32,000 nucleotides of DNA from Geotalea daltonii FRC-32 (GTDB lineage Bacteria > Desulfobacterota > Desulfuromonadia > Geobacterales > Geobacteraceae): NCBI RefSeq assembly GCF_000022265.1, contig NC_011979.1:3720001-3752000 (forward strand), read 5' to 3'. The stretch's first letter is position 1; each line of letters opens with the position of its first letter. This document shows, piece after piece, positions 26,165 through 32,000 of the stretch. The notes beneath the pieces were generated by a model. The model was not told where the DNA came from and searched no databases. It saw only the letters and a list, made by a program, of their open reading frames with translations. A program made the position numbers and the translations under genes.

Positions 26165-26566
26165 TCAGCAAGTAAAGGTACTCTTGACCGGGATGCCGAT
26201 TTCGGCCACCTTTTTCACCAGTTCGCCCAAGTCCACCGGTTTTCTGAAATAACACAGGGCTCCGCGCCTATAGGCCTCAGCCTCCATTTCCTCCGTACCG
26301 TAGCCGGTCATGATGATCACTTCCGAGTGGTAACGTTCCCGAACATAGGTCAGAAGCTCCAGCCCCTCGATGCCGTTGACACCCGACATGCGGATATCGG
26401 TTATCACCAGGTCGAAGCGGGTGCTTTCCAGAGCTTCTTCAGCCTGCTCGATTTCGCTGCAGGCCAAAACCTCCACACCATCCATCTTCAGGACATAGGA
26501 AAGGCTCTTCAGGATTGACTGCTCATCATCCACAATAAGAACTTTCTTCAATGACTTGCTGTTCAT
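26165..26566 (-). CDS. second single-domain (CheY-like) response regulator
   Basis: The ATG at 26566 (MNSKSLKKVLIVDDEQSI...) follows a GGAGG RBS. The acceptor context is LVITDIRMSGVNG, and other motifs are IMTGYG and YFRKPV. The longer track ORF (start 26611) would run into the candidate promoter. Confidence 0.8.
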   Translation of the reverse strand: MNSKSLKKVLIVDDEQSILKSLSYVLKMDGVEVLACSEIEQAEEALESTRFDLVITDIRMSGVNGIEGLELLTYVRERYHSEVIIMTGYGTEEMEAEAYRRGALCYFRKPVDLGELVKKVAEIGIPVKSTFTC

Positions 26567-26599
26567 ATAGCCTCCGCTTAAAAAAGTGCAAGAAGGCAG

Positions 26600-26615
26600 A
26601 GCACAGACCATGCCT
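26600..26615 (-). promoter_or_regulatory. candidate sigma54 (-24/-12) promoter of the chemosensory operon
   Basis: The minus strand reads AGGCAT-GGTCT-GTGCT. GG (plus 26613-26614) and GC (26601-26602) are separated by exactly 10 nt. It lies ~35 nt upstream of the ATG at 26566 and directly downstream of a sigma54 activator gene. The T before GG is an A, so the match is moderate. Confidence 0.35.
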
Positions 26616-26756
26616 CACAGGAGATTTAATCTATAAACCCTTAAGGATCGATTAGTTGAAATTCAAAAGGAAAAGCTGGGGCGGTAATGGACCAATGGGA
26701 GGTGTACAATTTCACTACAGCAGAAAGGATGGCAAAGAAGGGGCAAACGTGTGGTA

Positions 26757-26811
26757 ACTAGTTTCCATCCGGAAACTCCGGATGAGAAACTAGTGGTTTC
26801 CGATTCGGAAA
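26757..26811. promoter_or_regulatory. two dyad sites GTTTCC-N4-GGAAAC and GTTTCC-N5-GGAAA embedded in or next to a 38-nt imperfect palindrome; candidate enhancer (UAS)
   Basis: Positions 26757-26772 pair with 26778-26794 (16 bp, one bulged A85, loop AAACT). The nested dyad is at 26761-26776 and the second dyad at 26796-26811, centres 35 bp apart. They lie ~145-195 bp upstream of the candidate -24/-12 element. No U/T tract follows on either strand. Confidence 0.35.
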
Positions 26812-26862
26812 GAGGATGGTACGTGGCCTTGCTGTCTCAAAACAGGACACTGTACGATTTCG

Positions 26863-28206
26863 CTACACCTTCCTCTTCTTCAGCTTGGCCAGAAGTGTGG
26901 AGCGGCTGATACCCAAGGCTGCGGCAGTACGGGAATGATTATGCCCCGTGGCCTGGAGAACCCGGGAAATATATTCATCCTCCACCTGGCACAATGGCCG
27001 CAGCTGTTCAGCCCCTGCTACAGCCGCCGGAAAGGCCGGGCTCCTGCGCAGTTCGAAGGGCAGGCAATCGGGGGTGATTTCACTGCCTGTCGTCAGGATC
27101 AGCCCCCTTTCGATGACATTTTTCAGTTCCCGCACATTGCCCGGCCATTGATATTCAGCCAGGCACCTCATGGCCTCGATGGAGATGCCTGCTTTGCCCT
27201 TGCCCATCTTTTTGCCCATGGTGCGGACAAAATAATCGGCAAGGATGACCACGTCGGTGCCCCTTTCACGTAAAGGAGGCACGGTTATAGGCAGGACATT
27301 GATGCGGTAGAACAGATCTTCGCGAAAGGAGCCCTCTTTGACCATTGCCGCCAGGTTTCTGTTGGTGGCAGCCATGAACCGGGCTTCGGTCCGCTTGTCG
27401 ACGATGCCGCCTACCCTGCGAAAGTTTCTCGTGTCCAGCACCTTGAGCAGCTTGGCCTGGATGGCAAGGGGCATTTCCGCCAGCTCGTCAAAAAAGACCG
27501 TGCCGGAATCGGCCACTTCCAGAAGCCCCGGCTTACTCTCCCTGGCATCGGTAAAAGCTCCTTTTTCATGACCGAACAGCTCCGATTCAAGCAGCTGCTC
27601 CGAAAGGGAAGCGCAGTTGATCTCCACCAGCGGTCCCGGCACCTGGCTCTGGCGATGGATAGACTTGGCAACACACTCCTTGCCGGTGCCGGACTCCCCA
27701 AGGATCAGTACCGGGGCGCTTTTATTAGCTGCCATGAGTGCTGCCAGCCTCTGAATTCTAATGATCTGTGGTGATTCACCGATCACTACTTCTTCGTCAG
27801 AAGGATCGCCACTGGATTTTCTGCTGAATTCCACCTCCTGTTTCAGCTTCAAGGTTTCCTCGATGCTCGTCAATATCTCCGCAACCTGCTCCAGGTCGAG
27901 AGGCTTGGGAAAAAAGTAGGCTGCTCCATTCTTCATGGCCTGAACGGCCTTGTCCAGGTCCACATAGGCGGTCATCATGATCACTCGGGCTCCCACCTCC
28001 GGCGCCGTAAGGGGGTGAAGCAATGCCTCCCCGTCCATATCAGGAAGCCGATAGTCAAGAAAAACCACATCCGGCATGTTGCCGCGTGCCAAAGCCAAGC
28101 CCTCTTCTCCGGTCGCCGCCTGGGTCACAGCATAACCCCTTTTTGCGAGAAAGTGGCCAAGGGCAAGCCTGATGCTTTTTTCATCATCTATGACAAGTGC
28201 TCTCAT
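26863..28206 (-). CDS. sigma54-dependent (NtrC-family) response regulator / enhancer-binding protein
   Basis: The receiver has VVFLDYRLPDMDG. The AAA+ module has GESGTGKE, the sigma54-contact loop GAFTDA and Walker B TVFFDELAE. The C-terminal HTH is RTAAALGISRSTLLAKLKK. The ATG overlaps the kinase stop (ATGA). Confidence 0.9.
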   Translation of the reverse strand: MRALVIDDEKSIRLALGHFLAKRGYAVTQAATGEEGLALARGNMPDVVFLDYRLPDMDGEALLHPLTAPEVGARVIMMTAYVDLDKAVQAMKNGAAYFFPKPLDLEQVAEILTSIEETLKLKQEVEFSRKSSGDPSDEEVVIGESPQIIRIQRLAALMAANKSAPVLILGESGTGKECVAKSIHRQSQVPGPLVEINCASLSEQLLESELFGHEKGAFTDARESKPGLLEVADSGTVFFDELAEMPLAIQAKLLKVLDTRNFRRVGGIVDKRTEARFMAATNRNLAAMVKEGSFREDLFYRINVLPITVPPLRERGTDVVILADYFVRTMGKKMGKGKAGISIEAMRCLAEYQWPGNVRELKNVIERGLILTTGSEITPDCLPFELRRSPAFPAAVAGAEQLRPLCQVEDEYISRVLQATGHNHSRTAAALGISRSTLLAKLKKRKV

Positions 28207-29501
28207 GCCGAAAGCCCCCGGGGGAGAGTAATGGTGAAGACCGCCCCGCCAGGCCCGTTTCCCGCCACAAGGGTACCATCATGGGCCTCGATAATCTTTC
28301 TGCTGACCGCGAGCCCCAGGCCGGTCCCGCTTTTTTTCGTGGTATAGAAAATATCGAAGATTTTCTCAAGGTTCTTTTCAGGGATGCCGGGCCCTGAATC
28401 CAGGATGCGGATCAGAACCTTGCCATCCTTCCCCTCCATTTCGATAGTTATGCTTCCCCCCTCAGATACGGCATCGACAGCATTTTTCAGCAGGTTTACC
28501 AGCACCTGCCTGATCCTTTCCTGATCGGCTGTAACGGTAACCTCCCCTTCAGCAAAGGACTTGTGCAAAAAAAGCCTCTTCTCCATGATCAAAGGTTCGT
28601 TGAAACTGATGGAGTCCCGCACCGCCTTGACCATATCGAAAGGGACCTTCTTCAGTTTCATCTCCTTGGAGCAGTCAAGGAGTTCATCCACCAGTCGATT
28701 CATGCGTCGGCCTTCCACGAGGATGGAATTCATCAGCTCCTTCTGCTCCGCCGTCAGGGGCAGTTCCATGGCCAGTATCTGGGATGAGGCGGTAATGCCG
28801 AAAAGTGGATTGCGCATTTCATGGGCAACCCTCGCCACCACTTCTCCCATGGTGGCGAGACGATCCTTCTGGCGCATTTCCTTGCGGACTTTTTCCACTT
28901 CCGAAATGTCGATGAAGGTGATGATGTGGCCGGCAGGCAAACCATCGGCCTGCTTCAGGTCGAAGCGTTTGTATCCGACTGTCCTCTGTTGCCGCCCTGA
29001 TTCACTGACTTCGGCAGCATAGGTGCCGGTACGGATAAGGTCGTAGATCATCGGGCATACCGTGTCAAGTTTTTCCCCGACCAGTTCACTCCCCTTTCTG
29101 GCAAAGAAGTCAAGGGCGTATTCATTGGCAAGATTGATTCTCAGTTCCGGGTCGGTGACGATAATACCGCTCTGGATATTCTTCAACACCGACTCGATGA
29201 AGGTTTTACGTTCGTTCAGCTCAAAAAATGCTTCTTCCAGATCGGCCTGGAATTCCGCGTGTTCGGCATTTTTCTGCACCAGTGGCCTGACAACCAGGAA
29301 ATAAAGTATGGGAGAGAGAAACAGCAGGAGAAAAGCTCCGTCGAGAAAGGTCTTCTTATTGTCCGGCAATGAAGACAGGGGATACTGCATCAACAACATA
29401 ACCAGGGTTTCCACGATGAAAACAGCAGCCATTATCTTGAATAAAAAAAACCAGACCCGTAACAGGGCGTTTGCCGAATTCCTCACCAATACCTCACTCA
29501 T
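28203..29501 (-). CDS. membrane-anchored PAS sensor histidine kinase
   Basis: Two N-terminal TM segments are separated by only ~14 residues. A coiled-coil linker and a PAS-like region (IQSGIIVTDPELRINLANEYA) follow. Kinase motifs are H-box VAHEMRNPLFGI, N-box LLKNAVDAV, G1 DSGPGI and G2 GTGLGLAV. The start is either the ATG at 29501 or an in-frame GTG five codons downstream that has a GAGG RBS. Confidence 0.85.
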   Translation of the reverse strand: MSEVLVRNSANALLRVWFFLFKIMAAVFIVETLVMLLMQYPLSSLPDNKKTFLDGAFLLLFLSPILYFLVVRPLVQKNAEHAEFQADLEEAFFELNERKTFIESVLKNIQSGIIVTDPELRINLANEYALDFFARKGSELVGEKLDTVCPMIYDLIRTGTYAAEVSESGRQQRTVGYKRFDLKQADGLPAGHIITFIDISEVEKVRKEMRQKDRLATMGEVVARVAHEMRNPLFGITASSQILAMELPLTAEQKELMNSILVEGRRMNRLVDELLDCSKEMKLKKVPFDMVKAVRDSISFNEPLIMEKRLFLHKSFAEGEVTVTADQERIRQVLVNLLKNAVDAVSEGGSITIEMEGKDGKVLIRILDSGPGIPEKNLEKIFDIFYTTKKSGTGLGLAVSRKIIEAHDGTLVAGNGPGGAVFTITLPRGLSA

Positions 29502-29525
29502 TCATTCATCAGGTTGCAGCAAAAT

Positions 29526-31802
29526 TCACTTGCGCCTTCTGCCCTTCTTGGAACCACTATCCCTTCGATCCTTTTCACCGGAGCGGCGGTCCTCTTTCCT
29601 TTCGATTTTTGGCCATTTGCCCCGCACCGGAACTTTGGGAAATTCATCCCCGCCATACACTTCAGCCACAGGTGCAACCCTTTCATCGTGACGGGCAAGG
29701 ACGAATTCCACCTGTTTCTTTTCCAGGCTGACGGCGGCCACCCTGATGCGCACAGGATCGCCGATCCGGTAGATGGTACGGCTCCGTTCGCCGATCAGGG
29801 CATGCTGTTTCTCCACATATTCGTAGAAGTCCTGCTTCAGGGTCGAAATATGCACCATCCCCTCCACGAAGATTTCCACCAGTTCCACAAAAAAGCCGAA
29901 GGAAGCAACCCCGGTAATGATGCCGTCTAACTCTTCCCCCACCTTATCCTGCATGTACTGCATCTTCTTCAGCTCGACTATTTCCCGTTCCGCCTCCATG
30001 GCCACTCGCTCCCGCTTGCTGGTGTGCAGGCCGGTCTCCGGCAGGGTTGAGGCCAGGTTTTCCCTGTCTTTTTCACCGATCTTTTTGGCCAGCTGTTTTT
30101 TCAGTATCCGGTGCACCACCAGGTCCGGATAGCGGCGTATGGGAGAGGTAAAATGGGTATAGGAAGCGGCAGCCAGGCCGAAATGGCCGACATTTTCCGC
30201 AGAGTAGCGTGCCTGCTTCATGCAGCGCAACAGCACCTCGTTTATCATTCGCTCTTCCGGTTTCCCTTGGGCCTGGTCAAGTATCCGCTGGAACTCTCCA
30301 GGGCTTACCTTTTCTTCCTGCAGACGCAGCTCATAGCCGAAATTGAAGATGAACTCCTTGAAATCCTGCAGCTTGGCAAACTCGGGTGTCTCATGGATCC
30401 GGTAAAGGAAGGGAAGCTCCCGCTCTTCAATATGGGAGGCAACCGCCTCGTTGGCGGCAAGCATGAATTCTTCGATGATCTTGTGGGCCAGGTTGCGCTC
30501 GGCCCGGACAATGGCCGTGATGCCGCCGGTCAGATCCAGCAGGATCTCCGGTTCGGGCAGGTCGAAATCGATGCTCCCCCTTTTCCGGCGCTTGGCCATC
30601 AGGCGCAGGGCCAGTTCCTCCATGGTTTTAAGCTCGGGCACCAGTTCCGCATATTCCTTGACCAGCTCTGGGTCGTTGTCGACAACGATCTTTTTCACCT
30701 TGGTATAGGTGAGCCTGGCCACACTCCTGATGACGCTGGGGTAAAAGGCCGCTTCCAGTATGGTGCCGCTTCCATCGAAGAGCATCTCCGCCGTCATCGT
30801 CAGGCGGTCCACCTGGGGATTCAAGGAACAAATGCCGTTGGAAAGCTCTTCCGGAAGCATGGGAATGCAGCGGTCGGGGAAATAGACCGAAGTGCCCCGC
30901 AGGTATGCCTCCTTGTCCAGGGGAGAGCCGGGCTTCACATAATGGGAAACGTCGGCGATGGAGACCCAGAGGCGAATGGCGCCCTTTCCCTCTTTTTTCA
31001 CGGAAACCGCATCGTCGAAATCCTTGGCCGTCTCCCCGTCGATGGTTACCGTCAGCTGGCCACGCAGGTCGGTCCGCCCCTCGAGTTCTGAATCCTGGAT
31101 AGTCTCAGGAACCGCCCGGGCAGCCTTCAGGACCGATGGCGGAAAAACGTCGGGAAGTTCGTGCTTTCTGATGATGGTCTGCACTTCCACTTCCGGCTCA
31201 TCGGGCCAGCCGAGAACCTCGATGATCCGTCCTTCCATGGAACGGCCGGCACCGGCGTAGGAGGTTATCTCGGCGACGACCACCTGGCCATTTGTCGCCT
31301 TGCCTGCGGCTTTCGCCGGAATTATGATGTCCTTGCCGATACGGACCTCATCGGGTATGACGCGGGAGACCTTAGCTCCCTTTTCAAAGCGGCCGACGAG
31401 TTTCGAAAAACCACGCTCCAGCGTTTTGACGATTCGCCCTTCCTGCTTACCGTCCCGCTTTTTGGCCACGATCTGCACCTCGACCCGGTCGCCGTGCATG
31501 TTTTCCCTGAGATAACGGGCGGGAATGAATACATCCTCCCCTTCTTCCGGCATGACGAAACCGTAGCCGTCACGGTGGACGCTCAACTTGCCGGTCAGGC
31601 CGGTGCCGGAGGCCGGCAGAATGAAAAGTCGCCCCCTCAAGCGCAGAAGCGCCCCTTCGTCGACGAAACCGTCGATGATCGCTTTGAACTTTGGGCGCTC
31701 AGCCTTGCTGATGCCGAAAGCCTGCATCATTTCCCTGAATTCCATGGGAACTCCGGCATTATTCTTCAGCAGTTTTACAACGGCTTCTTTTTTTATCTTC
31801 AT
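29526..31802 (-). CDS. rnr: ribonuclease R (3'-5' exoribonuclease)
   Basis: The 758-aa protein has N-terminal OB/cold-shock-like domains. The RNB catalytic core has IDGETAKDFDDAVSV and HFGLAAASYTHFTSPIRRYPDL. The S1 domain has GIITGVASFGFFVEL, and there is a Lys/Arg-rich C-terminal tail. GAGAGGG RBS. Confidence 0.92.
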   Translation of the reverse strand: MKIKKEAVVKLLKNNAGVPMEFREMMQAFGISKAERPKFKAIIDGFVDEGALLRLRGRLFILPASGTGLTGKLSVHRDGYGFVMPEEGEDVFIPARYLRENMHGDRVEVQIVAKKRDGKQEGRIVKTLERGFSKLVGRFEKGAKVSRVIPDEVRIGKDIIIPAKAAGKATNGQVVVAEITSYAGAGRSMEGRIIEVLGWPDEPEVEVQTIIRKHELPDVFPPSVLKAARAVPETIQDSELEGRTDLRGQLTVTIDGETAKDFDDAVSVKKEGKGAIRLWVSIADVSHYVKPGSPLDKEAYLRGTSVYFPDRCIPMLPEELSNGICSLNPQVDRLTMTAEMLFDGSGTILEAAFYPSVIRSVARLTYTKVKKIVVDNDPELVKEYAELVPELKTMEELALRLMAKRRKRGSIDFDLPEPEILLDLTGGITAIVRAERNLAHKIIEEFMLAANEAVASHIEERELPFLYRIHETPEFAKLQDFKEFIFNFGYELRLQEEKVSPGEFQRILDQAQGKPEERMINEVLLRCMKQARYSAENVGHFGLAAASYTHFTSPIRRYPDLVVHRILKKQLAKKIGEKDRENLASTLPETGLHTSKRERVAMEAEREIVELKKMQYMQDKVGEELDGIITGVASFGFFVELVEIFVEGMVHISTLKQDFYEYVEKQHALIGERSRTIYRIGDPVRIRVAAVSLEKKQVEFVLARHDERVAPVAEVYGGDEFPKVPVRGKWPKIERKEDRRSGEKDRRDSGSKKGRRRK

Positions 31803-31896
31803 ATGACCCTCTCATGCTCATTAAAAAAAACTGTACTCAATATGCTAAAATTTCTTCAGGCTTGTCAAACATTTTACACGTTTAAGGCAAAAAGCT

Positions 31897-31926
31897 TTGC
31901 ATTTTTACGGACGATGCAGTTAGTAT
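31897..31926 (+). promoter_or_regulatory. possible sigma70 promoter for a divergent plus-strand gene starting beyond the window
   Basis: The plus strand reads TTGCAT-N18-TAGTAT. The window ends in AAAAGGAG (31993-32000), a Shine-Dalgarno-like sequence with no start codon yet, which suggests a plus-strand CDS begins just after nt 32000. Confidence 0.25.
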
Positions 31927-32000
31927 AAGCAGCTGTGTGACCCTAATTCATTGTAATGACTACTAATTTACCACTTCAAATGAATTTGTCATAAAAGGAG

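Noticed and set aside
26687-26761. 24-codon plus-strand mini-ORF (MDQWEVYNFTTAERMAKKGQTCGN) in the che-operon regulatory gap.
   Set aside because: It is very short, sits on the opposite strand to everything else, has only a marginal RBS (GGGGCGG 3 nt from the ATG) and cannot be assessed for conservation here. It also overlaps the region better explained as enhancer/promoter DNA.
26757-26794. 38-nt hairpin considered as the terminator of the activator gene.
   Set aside because: No T/U tract follows on either strand. It lies ~70 nt past the stop, and a second related dyad follows 35 bp away, which fits protein-binding sites better than an intrinsic terminator.
26730-26832. Plus-strand sigma54-like motifs TGGCAA-N5-GGGCA (26730-26745) and TGGTAC-N6-TTGCT (26816-26832).
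   Set aside because: They point into the antisense of the activator gene, with no plus-strand ORF downstream. The first lacks the conserved T residues before GC, and the second has GG-N11-GC spacing, one nt too long. They are probably chance matches, although an antisense RNA cannot be excluded.
31887-31905. Small stem GCAAA-aagc-TTTGC followed by ATTTTT, resembling a terminator.
   Set aside because: It has only a 5-bp AT-rich stem, no upstream plus-strand gene to terminate, and it overlaps the candidate divergent promoter.
1-32000. Search for CRISPR arrays, tRNA/rRNA genes, IS/transposase or integrase genes, toxin-antitoxin pairs, restriction-modification or other defence modules, and GEMM-type c-di-GMP riboswitches in the pilA and rnr leaders.
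   Set aside because: I saw no repeat-spacer periodicity, cloverleaf-like sequence, transposase or integrase motifs, or terminal inverted repeats. Intergenic gaps are short, and the two long ones (2877-3131 and 26567-26862) lack the conserved GEMM core. Every ORF over 120 aa on the coding strand is accounted for by a recognisable family.

Overview
This 32-kb chromosomal segment carries 26 CDS, all on the minus strand. Gene content and order look like a Geobacter/Desulfuromonadales-type deltaproteobacterium; that assignment is recall-based and was not searched. In transcription order (high to low coordinates):

- **rnr:** RNase R (29526-31802).
- **Two-component pair:** a membrane PAS histidine kinase and a sigma54 enhancer-binding response regulator, translationally coupled (26863-29501).
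- **Regulatory gap:** 250 bp with dyad repeats and a candidate -24/-12 promoter (26567-26862).
- **Chemosensory operon:** nine genes, receiver-cheY-cheA-cheW-mcp-cheR-HEAT-cheR-cheB (16056-26566).
- **Coupled block:** tatC-ribF-flippase-like-DUF2723-aroE (10348-15926).
- **Type IV pilus locus:** pilB-pilT-pilC-pilS-pilR-pilA (2220-10279), ending in a strong intrinsic terminator.
- **ABC exporter:** ATPase, ABC-2 permease and a truncated membrane-anchored protein (1-2135).

I saw no rRNA, tRNA, CRISPR, IS element, prophage or recognisable defence genes. Every long plus-strand ORF is antisense to a recognisable gene.

The most unusual content is the chemosensory operon. It has an MCP extended by 28-residue repeat arrays on both coiled-coil arms, two CheR paralogues flanking a 746-aa HEAT-repeat protein, a CheA without a P2 domain, and no recognisable output domain. 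It appears to sit under sigma54/two-component transcriptional control. Other points are a full-length cysteine-free pilin with a Geobacter e-pilin-type N-terminus, a PilB with intact tandem c-di-GMP-binding MshEN motifs, a GT-C-like/flippase-like membrane pair wedged between housekeeping genes, and a divergent TatC. I found no clear-cut novel system beyond these. All functional assignments come from motif recognition by eye.
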